Shown here: one piece after another, positions 12,239 through 24,345 of the stretch
How the letters are laid out: the number at the start of each line of letters is the position of its first letter
Position numbering within the stretch: position 1 is the stretch's first letter
NCBI GenBank assembly: GCA_010909165.1
Contig: MU008188.1
Span: 124,001-188,000, forward strand
Length of the DNA stretch: 64,000 bases
DNA from: Anthoceros angustus
Lineage: Eukaryota > Plantae > Anthocerotophyta
Direction of reading: 5' to 3'
Notes under the pieces: generated by a model
Told to the model about the DNA's origin: nothing
The model's database searches: none
The model's input: the letters and a program-made list of their open reading frames with translations, nothing else
Translations under genes and position numbers: made by a program

Positions 12239-15200
12239 ATGGACGATGTCGATCTCTCTAACAATGGAGGATTTACAAGAATAACAATGTATAGATTTAA
12301 GGAGTGTTCTGTGTTACATCTCCCACTGTCCTTTTCTCTTAGATTGTCTTATAATCAACTGTCAGACCTTCCAGCAGGTTTTCATCTGGAATTCGCAAAC
12401 ACAATGTAAGTGTCAAGATTGTCAATTGATTCTCTGTTAGTATACTAGTTTTTTTTGAATGAATTTGACTTTTCTGTGTTCATTGCAGATGGCTCCCAAA
12501 AGAAAACCCAGTCCTGGACGGGAAAAACAAGGATCCACGGCGAAGTCATGGCCAAGCCATACAAGGCAACGTGTCAAATCAGTTCTCCTGCGCAACTCAT
12601 CCTGCGGGATGATGGTAAAGTTGATGGTGTCTTGGTGCACGGAAGGAACTTATTTAGTTCCAAAAGACATTCCCAAACCGCCAAGGCACTTCTCATCCAA
12701 GAAGGATGCTCGGCGTGCGGTGAGTTTGAGAAGAGAGAAGGGTGGACACTCGACAGTGGCATTGGTTGAAGGTCCTCTTGCGAGATTACTAACTATGTCC
12801 CGATGTCGAGAGAGGGGTCCGGTTTGTGGGGAGAATGATTTCTTGATAGATCCCATGGTTGTGAGTCTTGCCAAAGCACAGAGTCTAGAGATTTGTGTGG
12901 TGAGAACAGATGCTTTACATGGCGCGTTTTCCATACTGTTGTGGTTCGACCACAGGTCATCCACGATCAAGAAGTGCTTGATATGTTTGAGAGGCTAAAG
13001 TGTGATGATCCGAAGATGACTTTGCCATGGGTATGGAGGAAATTGATGATGAAGCAATTTTAGAGGCGGTTTGATTAGTCCCTGTGAATGATGCTTTGAG
13101 TGGTGGGAGGATAGGTCAAGCAAATTAAGTCGTGGTCGGCCTTTATGAAAGTGAGTGGGGTCGGGGATGGGATAGTCTTGAGGATATCCTCACAAGGATC
13201 TAAATTATTGATATCCTTTTTCCATCAAGTTGAATCAAGGACAGGAGATTTTCTCCGAAGCGTAAGTAGTGATGTTTTTTTGTTGATTTTGATATTTTGA
13301 CTTTTTCACATGGTGATTCGTCTTCTTGTGCGGTTGATGTCTTTCTTTCGTGGTTTTAATTTTAACAAGGAAGTGCATTGAACCAAAGCCGGCTTGGTTA
13401 CGATGTTCGATGATCAACATGTTTCATGGAATTTTCCATGGGTCCCAGCGCGTTGGTTGCGTCCATGAAAATCAAGGACCTTGGGATTGTGTCATGTCGA
13501 AAAGAGGTGAAGTTGATTTCGATGATGATGAGCGATTCTTTCACGAGATCATCAATGCTCATTTGGTGAGGCTCAAAAAGGTAATATTGTTGGTTTTTGT
13601 GCACTGATTGTTCATTTATGGTCTTTAAACACAGGTCTTATATTGTTTTGCGGTGTGCATATTTTTGCATGACCGGGTTTGGAGTTCGAGGTGGTGAAGA
13701 GTTACATAACACTCATTAGGGACTTCTCGTTTCGTGATTCGAGGACCTTTTTATTTGGTATGTTTTGGTTTTTGTTTCTTTGTATGTTTTGATGTTTTGA
13801 TGTCTTGTATTAAGCTCGCTTTCATTTGCGGTATGAAGAGCGGCTTTCAAAAATTACAAAGTGGACATGAAGAATTACGAGTGAGCATTTAGTCAAAGGT
13901 CAAGATCTGACGGGATGTTATCGAAACTTTTAAATTGTGAACACTCTCGTGCAAGCGACAAAAATCATCAATTCGGGGTTTTTCAATTCAACATAACCCA
14001 AGATCAAATGTAAGTTTGTTGTTATTGGGCTTAAGTTTTGTGGTTTTGTATTTACTATTTTTTTTGGCTAGGCTTGGTATGCAAAACTCCGTGTTTCAAA
14101 AAGGAATGTTGTCAAGGTTCATGAAGACCATTTGAAGCGGTGGGCTTGTTGGCTATTACACCAATAAGAAATGTGTAACAATGATTACGTTTGTGATGGC
14201 TCGGTGCCTTGATCTTTGGGAGAAGTGTGGCCGCCATAAAGCGGATCTTTTGGATTCTCAAGGTAATATGTTTTGAAAGCTTGTGACATTTGAGTCCTTT
14301 GTATGTTCCTTCTGTTCGATATGGTTTTGCGAGATATGGCCGATGCAGTCAAGCAAAGCAGGCAGACAAGAGTCCTTGTTCACAGTGAGCGGCGATCCTA
14401 TCGAGAGCTTTTGAGCGAAGAAGAATCGGATGCGGGATGATTTAAGGGTGTTCTTCCTCATGTTGAATGTGACTCGAAATTGTATTTTAGTCGGCTGAAG
14501 ATCGGCACCTTGGAGTGCAACGTTAACAATGTAAGTGTTTGAGATTTGTTGCAAGTTTGTAGGGACTTATCAAAATCCTGTGTCCTGACTTGTTTTTTGT
14601 GTGTTAGGTCTCTGTGGCCACTCCTGTTGTTCATCATGAAAGCAGACCTCTGAACAATGTCAGCACCGAACTGAGTTTTTCTGCACCATGTGGTCCACTG
14701 TTTCCTGAAGTTCAGGTTGGTATTGTCAGGTTCCTTGGTTGCAGTCTGGCCATGTTGGATGATCTGTTTTAATCATCTTGGTCTTTTGTTATTCGGCGGT
14801 GGGAGGCGTGGTGTTTTGGTTGCAAACATACCTCCAGCGATGGCCAAGGCATCCGGATGGATAACGACCAACAGGTGTTCTAGTGAAATTCCATATGTTG
14901 ACAAGGTTGATTCTTTGTCATTTGTTGTTTTCACTTCTTTTGGAGTTTCGATTATGTTTATCTTGGCGGTTGTGAATCCTGCGACTAGTGGGCGACCTTT
15001 TGTCCCTCATTTCAACATTGATCTGACTCGAGGGAAGTCGATGGTCCCTGTTGGAGGGCATTGTGCATAGTGAGTGTGATCGGTCATGAAGTTAACCGGA
15101 CGAGTGTGGTAGCACCTCTGGATATTGTATTGACTGTGGGCAAATGGAAATGGAAGTGGTGGACTTCTTTGAGATGCTTGGTGCAGGGGTGGAGTATGAT

Positions 15201-15800
15201 AAACGAAGCGAAATTGGAGTTTCGGCAAAAGGATTTGGAGGCTCTTATAGAGAGGCAGGCGTAGCGGTTGAATTACGAGTCTCTAAGCAAGAGAAAGCCC
15301 TTGAGATTGAGGCGGAAATGTGGAGAGGAGACAAGAGCACATTAAGCATCAAGAGAAAGCTGGCGGCAGATGGCAAGAGGTTCAAGATTGCGGTGGAAAA
15401 AGAAACGGGAGCGGAAGAATGTGCCTCGAGATATTTGCCGCTATCTGCGAAAATCCGTCGGGATTGGTAAGTTTTCTTATATTAATGTCAGTACATTGAA
15501 AATCAATGGTTGTATTTTATTAGGTTGTCACCTTGCGAAGAGGACAATTTCGTCCAAGTCCTCGGCTTCATCAATTGGTTGCCAATTATGATAATCTTTG
15601 AAGCCAATCAAGCCAAGTGGTCGTGAAAATTACGTTTTCAATCATATAATTATGATCAATTTCCCTAAATAAGGTGAGTATCATTTAAGTATTTGCTATG
15701 ATTATTCCTGTGTTTTCTAGTATCGTAATCACGGTTTGTGTCTTTTTTTCGTTTTGTTTGTAGGTTCCATTGTTGTTGAAGTAGAGTTCAATCTATTCAA
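12239..15800 (+). pseudogene. Intron-containing DUF3504/Crypton-type tyrosine recombinase (degenerate)
   Basis: Spliced, frameshift-corrected motifs in YR order: YFCMTGFGVRGGEELH (R codon 13687), YEERLS-KNYKVDMK (~13832-13880), WYAK..MLSRFMKTI*SGGLVGYYTNK..TMIT..GRHK (14075-14240), and RY in the next exon (~14332). GT-AG introns are clear. The start codon is tentative. Confidence 0.72.
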
Positions 15801-16174
15801 TCATTTACTCTTCATTAGTTGAATTTGTATTTCATGCCATTACGGATATACAGAAACTCGCAAAGAAAAGGTTTCTTTGTTGGTTTTGTATATCCCGGAT
15901 CCGCATGAATATTATTTAACAGAAATGTTTTGTCGATTAGCGATTTTGGTGGGATTTCTAGAATGAGCTTCTACTAGACGCAGCTGGTATTCACTTGGTC
16001 GTCATTTTTTCTACTCTAGTGCTCCATTTTCTACCTTGATGGTAGACTATTTTTACCCCGCCTGGCATGTTTTCTACCATATTGTAATGAATTTTACTAT
16101 ATTGGGTAAAAAAATGACCAAAAGGTCAATTCTCTCTCTAAAAATTCACCTGCACTACCCCGGAGAAAAATCAA

Positions 16175-16394
16175 CTGGGCGCGTTGAGGCCCCAGACGAG
16201 GCCGCGACTTTACGTTCCCATAGCCTCAGGAATGCCCCTGATCGCTTCCTTTACAATTTTGCGGGATCTCGGACTCACCGCAAGCAACTGCCTCAAGCTG
16301 ACCACAAATTCGCGATCAAGCAATGCATCAGCGAAACCTGAGATTTTATCTGACAAGGTGTCCTCCCCGTTTGCAGCCCTGACGCTGGTCGATT
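16175..16394 (-). mobile_element. Ty3/gypsy gag-protease linker fragment (continuation of gypsy-A beyond copia-3)
   Basis: Encodes LLAVSPRSRKIVKEAIRGIPE, identical to the gypsy-C ORF at 43515 in the opposite orientation. Confidence 0.85.
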
Positions 16395-19364
16395 TTAATA
16401 TAAACAGGAAATGCAGATTAATAACAATATTAATTGTATTACATTGCATCTTACTATATATGTAAAGAATACACACAAACTGAAGTTCGTAATAGTTTTA
16501 AGCTAGAAACCAAAAGCCATGCCTTTACCAAAAGACGTAACCCTAATGAAACGTTATGACCCTTTAAAATAACTTAAGTGAATGAACCCTAAACATGATT
16601 CCAACACATCTATTCCTTTACTCCCACTTGTTGGTCATGATTCATTTGCATTTTGTCTTGAGAATTGTCGCGTCTTTGCCGTAATTCAGCTGGGTTGTCT
16701 TTAGTCTTCAAGCGCATAGCAACCACATCCTTGGTTACGCTCCACCTTCCAGTCCGCGATTGAATCAAGATGATCTCGCCGATGCAGGAACACATGCGGT
16801 GCGGTGATAAGGTGCGCCGCCTACATAACGTTCAGCCTCTTCACGTCCCAAGTATTATCTGAGCTGTTGAGGCGTAGAATCGCGCACCTCCTGTCAATCA
16901 TGGCATCTTCCGGTTCTGATTCTGATGCTGCTCCCAAGACCCGCCAAGAGCGCGATGCCCTAGGGAGGTTTGCACCTAGGACAACTACCAAGATCGAGAC
17001 GGGTGTTGAGAACAAGGCGTCCTGCAGCAAGCGAGGGGTTGGAAGGCCGAAAGGGACAACAAAGGAAGTTTTGGAGCGGCGCAAGGTTGAAGGCCTCAGA
17101 ACTCGTCAGGATATAAGCCCTCCTTCCTCTTCTCCGTCGCCAAAGGCTGAGCGCACCTGTCTGGTTAGAATTCTGAACCTGGATTTTGCCTACTATGATA
17201 ATGGCTCCACCCACCATGTGCCTGTGAAGTTTCCCAAGCCTAAACACTGCAATGAGAAGACTCAGATTGTGAGCTGTGGCTCACTGAGGCACCCATGCTC
17301 ACCAATCTGGTACAAAGTCTGGATCGGGCTCACAGAACTGAAGATGAGACGCGTGAAAGTCAGAAAGTGCAGGTTCATTCCTGCTCATGTCATCAGCACG
17401 TACAGTAAGTTGCTGGTCCCTGCATCTTTCACCGCACCAAGTCCTGTTGCTGATAACTTCCAGGAAGAGGGTTGCTAACATGTGGTTTTGTTTCCTGATG
17501 TGTGTGTAGAGTCCACTAAGAGGATCAAAAGAGAGGCCAGGCAGAAAGATAAGCAGAAAGTTGAGGAAGCACCATCCAGAAAAAGAAACCACTCAAGTTC
17601 CATTGAAGAACTGTCACCCGGTAGCCGTTACAACCAATACTGCATCAAAGATGAGTCTACTTCCGAATCCTTGCAGTCTGGAGACGAAATAGACTTTGGA
17701 TACACTTCTGTTTTTTATGGCTGTGACTCACCGGAGTTTTAGAGCTAGGTTCTGGTTTAGACTAAGCTGGATGAGAGAGCTTGTTCCTCTCCCATGCCAA
17801 GACGCTGGATGTGCTTGTAGTGAGCATCTCTGCTCAGAGCCTTAGTGAGTATGTCGGCCGGGTTCTCTTGTGTTGGGACATACTGAAGCTCAATTTTGCC
17901 TTCTGCTACAAGTCCTCTTATATAGTGATATTCAACTTCAACATGTTTCGTGCGTGCGTGGAATACTGGATTCTTAGCTAGAGCCATCGAACCTTGGTTG
18001 TCTGTGTGAATAGTCGTGCAAGTTGGGATTGGTATTCCCAACTCTCTGAAAAGTAACTTACACCATACTATTTCCTTGGTGCGATCGGAGCGCGATACTC
18101 GCTTACATGAAGATAAAACAGCGATTGGTTGCTTTTAGAGCATACTAGCCCTGCAGCAATCGAAATCACATAGCCTGACACTAATTTTCTACTATCAATA
18201 TCACCAGCGTAATTGATGCGTAGAGACTTCAAGGTCCAATGCTTTTCCTTTTTGGTATTTATACGTAATGCCCATTTTGGCTGTGCCTTTCAGGTATCTG
18301 AAGACACTTTTAAGACTTGTCCAAATGTTCATCACAGGTTTTCCAAGAATTATGGATACACTTGTGGTATATGCTATTTCAAGCCTTGTTGTGTTGCTTG
18401 CATATATTAGCTTGCCAACGCCCTGTTTGTAAGGTATGCCTTTCATCTGCTCTTTCTCATCACGAGTAGAAGGTGACATCATTTTACTTAACTTCTGACC
18501 AGTTGGCATAGGTGTTGATGCAGGCTTTGCATCCTTAAGGCCAAGTTGCTCAGCACAATCAAGAAGGTAACGTGGTTGAGTCAAAGTCATAACACGTGCT
18601 TCCCTGTTTCTTTGAATGTGTATGCGAAGACAACTTTGTAAAGGTCCTAAATAGGACATCTTGAACTTTGTGGCTAACACATCTGTAATGCTTGTAATGA
18701 AAACTTGGCTGTTACTGGATAAGATTAGATCATCCACGTACACTGCCAGATAGCATATAACATCTCCTTTAAGATATATGTATAAACTGCTGTCAGCCTG
18801 ACTCTTAGTAAATCCAAGCTCTAGCAGTTCTGTGTCTAAGGTAGCATTCCATTTCATAGCTGATTGCTTTAAACCATATAAGCACTTGATCAGTCTGCAA
18901 GCATGGTTTTCCTTACCCTTCACTTCATATCCTGGTGGCTGCTGCATGTATATTTCAGTGTCTAATTTGCCATACAAGGCTGTTTTGACATCATACATTT
19001 GTAACTCATAATTGTAATGTGTGGATATGGCCAGGAGAATTCGGAGTGTTGACAGCTTTACAACTGGAGCAAAGGTTTCAAGGTAGTCCAAGCCAGGGAC
19101 TTGGGAGAAACCCCTCGCCACCAAACAAGCTTTATACCTGTCGAAGGTACCGTCTGCCTTAACTTTTAGTTTAAACACCCATTTGCACGAAACTAGTTTT
19201 CTGTCTGAAGGTAATTCCACAAGCTCCCATGTTCCGTTCTCCATCAAGGAGTCATACTCTGACTGAATTGCTTTTTCCCAGTCTTTGTGATCAGGTCTAC
19301 TCAACGCCTCTTCATAGGACTGAGGTTCAATAGGGTCCAGAGAGGTTGCAGCATTGATTGTCAC
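16395..19364 (-). mobile_element. 5'-truncated Ty1/copia element (copia-3) within gypsy-A
   Basis: RT ORF 18201-19364 (KWVFKLK, LYGLKQSA, YVDDL) and RNase H ORF 17757-18041 (DNQG..HARTKHVEV..ADILTKAL). PPT-like CAAGTGGGAG at ~16620-16630. AT-rich LTR ~16395-16606 starts TGTTGG on the minus strand. Confidence 0.93.
16900..17742 (+). CDS. Antisense accessory ORF of copia-3 (~280 codons, one in-frame stop at 17476-17478) with AT-hook
   Basis: ATG at 16900. ORFs 16804-17478 and 17482-17742 share one frame. Contains KRGVGRPKG (AT-hook), a Cys/His-rich middle and a basic NLS-like C-terminal part. Ends 14 bp from the convergent pol stop. Confidence 0.65.
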
Positions 19365-20712
19365 ATGGGAAGAAGAAACGCGAGGAAGACGAGGAGCTTG
19401 ATCGCCTCGATCCTTTCCTCTTCTTATGACTTCGCCTCTTCTTCCTCCTTCTCCCCAACTCGGCCGATTCCCATTCCTCAGCCAATCGGAGGGCTCCTGC
19501 CAACGTCTTAGTCCTGTGTCTGCAGTGTACCTCCATTTTCCGGGACAATCCGCTCACAAACCAATCCAGCGCTTGCTCTTGTGAGTACCCAGAGGTAGGT
19601 GGGTCCCCCTGCCTCTCGGGTGCACACTTTGGAACTCAATCCAGGTATCCATAGAACCTCTCCACATAATCAAACAGGGATTCTCTCTTTTTCCTACGGA
19701 GGGTCCTCAGCTTTGCCAAAGTATGGTGCGCGTAACTGAGCCCTCGGAACCGATTCAAGAAGGCTGCTTTGAGAGCTTCCCAATCCGTTGGGGCCACCAT
19801 GCTGTAGGTGCGACCATACCACTGTTGTGCATGCCCCCTCAGCATTCCAGGAAAGATGCGCAGTCGATCGGCGACTCCATCCTCCAAATTAGCGTGGGAA
19901 ACGTGCTCAAAAGTTCTCACAAACGCCTCCGCGTCATCGCCCTTCTTCTTCTACTTGAATTATTTGGTTGTGGGTGGGGTGGCCCCTCCTCCTCCACTCC
20001 ACTCATGTTGCTCGTCCGGCGTTGCTTCTATGCTTCTTCCTCGGGACGAGAGCGGTCGGGATCTTTGGGTGAAATTCTGACCAAGGGTAGCGACCTCCCC
20101 TGGTCGTCCCAAGATCAGTGAGTGAGATCGATCGCGTTGGCCAAATCCTCGACCAAACTGAAACTCCCCACTCTTGACGACCTCGTCGTGCATTGTCGGA
20201 GATGGGTGTGGATTCGCCGCTCGAGGTCAACGTCGGGAAATTCCGGCGTGATGTGAGTCGTCGGCTCGGAGGATGTCCTCCTCACCGACACCAACACTTC
20301 CTCCACCACCTCCTTCTCTCGGTCGTGATCTCGCCTTCTTCCTCTCCGTCTCATCGTCCGCCCTCTCGCCGCGTCGTGCAGCGACCTCCTCTTCTTTCGC
20401 CGTGGCCGCTTCCTCTGTTGTCGGCCGGGTGGCGGCGGCGGCAGTCTCTCAGCGATTCCTCGTGAGGCGTAAATCTCTTGCGTAGTAGCGGTGGGCGACC
20501 TTCCGCTTTTCGAGACCTACGGACATGCAAGCATCCTCATGTCCTCCAACCCAGTTGTTAAGAAGGAAGCAACCCACACCCCTTAGTGTCTCAACCATTC
20601 ACCCCTATGACAACTTAGGGCGCCAAGTTCCTCCTTCACAACATATGGTCAATCAGTCCCTTTGAAAACATTACGCAGCCTAGGAAACCACAAACTTCAA
20701 ACTTCAACAAGT

Positions 20713-20727
20713 CCGACAGCGGCGCCA
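20713..20727 (-). promoter_or_regulatory. Primer-binding site TGGCGCCGCTGTCGG (tRNA-Asp type, as in Athila-like elements)
   Basis: Lies 3 nt after the LTR-terminal CA on the minus strand. Confidence 0.8.
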
Positions 20728-20730
20728 AAA

Positions 20731-21722
20731 TGTGGTAGGGAAAACCGGAGCTTGAGATTCCACTCTAAGCCACACTTATCACTGTCGCAACCCGTCGTTG
20801 GGTTTCGTCCCATGAGACTCGTGTGAAAGTTCGAGGCCTTGTGATGACGATCGCTACTGCGAGACACAATTTCTCGGCCTTCTAAACAAGCAAGGCGCCT
20901 CTACTCTCCCTCTTCGTGCACCACTTGCCTTTTGCTCGAAAAATCACCAATCCTCGACCTACAACGACACAACACAATTGCGAGTCACCTTAGCGAGAGC
21001 CTATCACGGCGCCGGGACCCCATCGCAATTTCGTCCCTACTTCTGACCAATCTTCTCCACCTGTGAGCGCCTTTACTTGCATTTGGGATTCGTCCCTTAG
21101 GCTCTGTGGCCTTCCACTACACTACCCTTCTAATCCTCTACTCATCCTCATCCTCTTCCTCCTATTCTAACCTTAGTTCGGGCTTACTAGATTGACTGGC
21201 CCTTACTGCAGCTGGCACAGGTCGGCCTCCACCAAGAAGTTCTTCCTTGGGCGGTTGCTATGAGTTTGACCAGCGAGCACCTCCGAGTCTTTCCTGTGGA
21301 TCAACCTCAGCCGAGAGTTCCACAGGCATTGCCACACACCCAAAGCAAAGCAATTTCCAGCAACCATTCACAAGGGAGCAACTCGTTTAGGCTTACGTGA
21401 GCAAGTCCTCCACCAAGCACTCCGACCACCGCGATTCCTCTCTGCAGACTGCGTTGGCTCACGGCCGGAAATTCCTTTACAAGGCAAAGGACTGGAGTAT
21501 GGGCGCAAGACATGATACTTTACTTTGTGAAATCCTCCTCCTCTTATAGGAGGCCTTCATACAACCTCCCTTGGTGACCCTACCGCAGTCACCTTTTCCA
21601 ATATTCTATTATTTCCTACCGCCAGCATTTAAGACCTGGCATCTAAGTCTACTATCTGATTCTAGGTAAATTCTATTCTAAAAATTTCACCTAAGACCAT
21701 CCTTGGAGGATGTCAGCTTACA
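20731..21722 (-). repeat. Gypsy LTR (~990 bp, TG..CA)
   Basis: Inverted homology to 25540-25900 and 34690-34787. Purine tract (21723-21750) on one side, PBS on the other. Confidence 0.8.
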
Positions 21723-23686
21723 TCACCTGTCCTTTCTATTCTTCCATCTAACATTTATGGTCTTTGACCATATCTAGTCCTCATCCTGCTGGGATAGTGA
21801 CGAGTTTGTTGTGGATTGGCTCCCTCGCCCTCCTTTTGCTCTTGCCCCTTCCCAGTCCTTGTCATCTTCCTAATGTGTGGGGCAAGTACAATGCCCCTTC
21901 CTCCAGCTCCGCGAGGCGCGCCTGATTCTCCCATCATCCAAGGCGCCTCTTCCTCCTTGCTCTCCGCCATCTTCCACCCTTGGCACCACGGCCTCACCTC
22001 CTTCCTCCACCAAAGGGCACCTACCGCGGTAGTCGGCGGACTCAAGGGGTAGTCGACCTACCATGGTAGTCCATCCTCTCCTCCTTCTTCTTCTTTTCCA
22101 TCGGTGATGTCTCTCGGGTGGAGATCCTCCTTGCCCCTATCCTCCTGTTTGGTTTGTCCATACGTTGCTTGGAGCATTCTCAAAGAGTCTTTCTCCCCCA
22201 ATCACTGGCCGATGTCTAACTTCTTCGGGCCCTTTTTGCATTGGACTCTTCCCCTGGCCCTGGCTCTTCCCTTATCCGGGGGGTGAGGGAATTTCTTACC
22301 CCTCCCCCTTCCTCGACGGGTCGGACCCCGTCCTTAGTCTCCTCCGGTGGGGTTGTCTCTCCCACCACCTCAGCTGCTCCTCCAGGGGGTATACTACTGG
22401 ACCCCCCGGCTCCTTCATCCTCAGCCCGGGCCTCCTGCCTCCCTCAGCGCCCGGCAGCGCCTACCCGGTAGTCCGGGACTTACAGGCGTGGTTGTCCTCC
22501 ACAGTGATCGGACTACAGGTGGTGGGGCAATCACCACCGTGGTAGGGTGACCCCCGGGAGGGCATCCCCCCTCCTTGCTCTCCGCGCCATCTTCCACCCT
22601 TGGCACCACGGCCTCACCTCCTTCCTCCGATTCTCCAGACTCCTCGGAGTCCATGTCACTCGCGGCCTCATCAAAGTCCGAGGCCTCCGGTTGCACCTGT
22701 TGCAATTTGTGGAATGCAAAAGTTTGGGCAACCAGCCCAAAAGAGCCCGAAGACGAACAAGTTTGATTTTTTTTGGCTAGGAACGATTGAAGAAGAGCAT
22801 GCCAAGAAATTTTCTGAGAATCTTAGGCTGCATACAAGGCGGGAGGCGGTCAAGGTTGGTAGGTGCACTCGCCGTGAGTCCTCCTCCACAGCCGTAAGGG
22901 TGAGAAGGGGCCACTCTGTGTATGGCGGAACTACGTAGGTCATCGAACTCTTGGCTAAAAAGGAAATTAGAATAGGGGGAATATCCACTATATATGCTCA
23001 CCAATAGGGGAATAGATGAATAGGATTAATTAGAAAGTAATTGATTCGGGGATATGCATAGGGTAGGGAAAATAGGAAAATAGGAATTTAGGAATGGGAA
23101 ACCCAATCTAGGGTTCACAGGCCTCAGTGTGGCGTACATCTAAAGAGGGCAAAGTGCGACTTGGCTCCTCCACTTCGACAGATGAAGTTGGGACGTAAGG
23201 AGAAGGAGAAGAAAGTGAAGGAAGAGTGTAAACTGCCATCGCCATCGCCGCCGCCGTCAAGACAAGAAGAAGACGGCGGAAAATGAGGAAAGAGAGAGAG
23301 CCCCAGCTGAGCGTGGTGGAGCGGAAGAGGAAGACATCCAGCATCCTGGAGCGTGGGAGTTTTTCGAGCTCGGTGCAACCGTGAGGAGCGCGTCAAACGC
23401 CGGGGTGCTGTAGACGGAGTTTAAAGCCGGGAACCATAGGTCGGAGCATCGAAAGTGTGGGGACTGAGGAAGTCGAAAAAGCAGGAAGGAGCCCCCGATT
23501 GCTTCACCGTGACCCTGCCAAAGTCGAGAGGAAATTGGTGGCGGTGGAAGATTCAAACTGTGGCTAACGTGTCTTTGCCCGTGCTACCACAACAAGGAAG
23601 AGGTGCGCTGAGGTGTGGAACTTTGAAGCTCTCCCGTTGGGAAGTGATTTCCTCCTTTTGAAGCACTTGGAGAGGAGCCAAGCACC

Positions 23687-24345
23687 ATGCCTCGAGCTGG
23701 GAAAGGCAAGGGGAAGGAGCCGCCTGCCAAGGGTTCTTCCTCGCGAGGAGGCAAGGAGAAGAAGGGCTGCGCCGCCAGGGGGAAATGAGCTTGTAATGCC
23801 CCAATTTACGTGTTTTGCAGGGCAGCTCAACCCCCGTGATTTAGTGGATTTCCGGCAGTGGGCAGAGGAGGATAATATCCAATTGGGATGGGTGTATGGC
23901 CGGCAATGGGCCTACACCAATTTGGAGCTGATTGAGGAGTGCTTCATCAATCTCCATCAATCAGAGGCAGCCCTTGCCGCGTAAAGGAATGCTCGAACGG
24001 ATCCTCGCTGTTGGACCGTAAGGAGCATTCGACAGGTGTATGGGAGACCGGAGGAAGAAAGCTCCGGAATTGCTCTCCTCGAAAGGTCGAATGGAGGGAA
24101 GAGGACGGCCCTCTCCGAAATTCCGCAAGAGCTCCTCGACATGATGGACGGAGGAGTGAAGGCCCATGCCAAGAATGGCTGGAAAATGAACAGCATCAAA
24201 GAGCTGAAGTGGAGGCTCTTTGCGAAGATTGTGCTGGGGTTGGTAAATTACCAAAGGACTTCCTATTTCAGCACCAACTTCCTGCAATTTTTATGGAAGA
24301 TTTCGAGAGGAGCCAAGCCAGATTGGGGCACCATCATGTATGAGC
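23687..24345 (+). pseudogene. Gypsy 3' sense accessory ORF (resembles the 'putative plant transposon protein' domain)
   Basis: ORFs 23613-23984 and 24036-24449: WAYTNLELIEECFINL ... PDWGTIMYE. A second copy lies in gypsy-C at ~48227-48930. Confidence 0.55.

Larger units (their letters stand above)
6700..16150. mobile_element. Putative Crypton-like tyrosine-recombinase DNA element with two divergent intron-rich genes; termini not resolved
   Basis: Contains a YR gene (+) and an unknown gene (-). T-skew switches strand around 9.3-9.6 kb. Flanked by retroelement relics. Confidence 0.55.
19365..22712 (-). mobile_element. Athila-like Ty3/gypsy fragment (gypsy-A): accessory-ORF tail, PPT, LTR, PBS, gag
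   Basis: gag ORF 19636-19920 (FPGMLRGHAQQWY..WEALKAAFLNRF..ESLFDYVERF), PBS at 20713-20727, LTR 20731-21722. Confidence 0.85.

Noticed and set aside
6700-16150. DIRS/Ngaro retrotransposon or Helitron
   Set aside because: No RT/RNase H or Rep/helicase motifs seen next to the YR.
16153-16158. CACTA terminus (CACTAC)
   Set aside because: No matching partner TIR or TnpD motifs; the neighbouring gene is a tyrosine recombinase.
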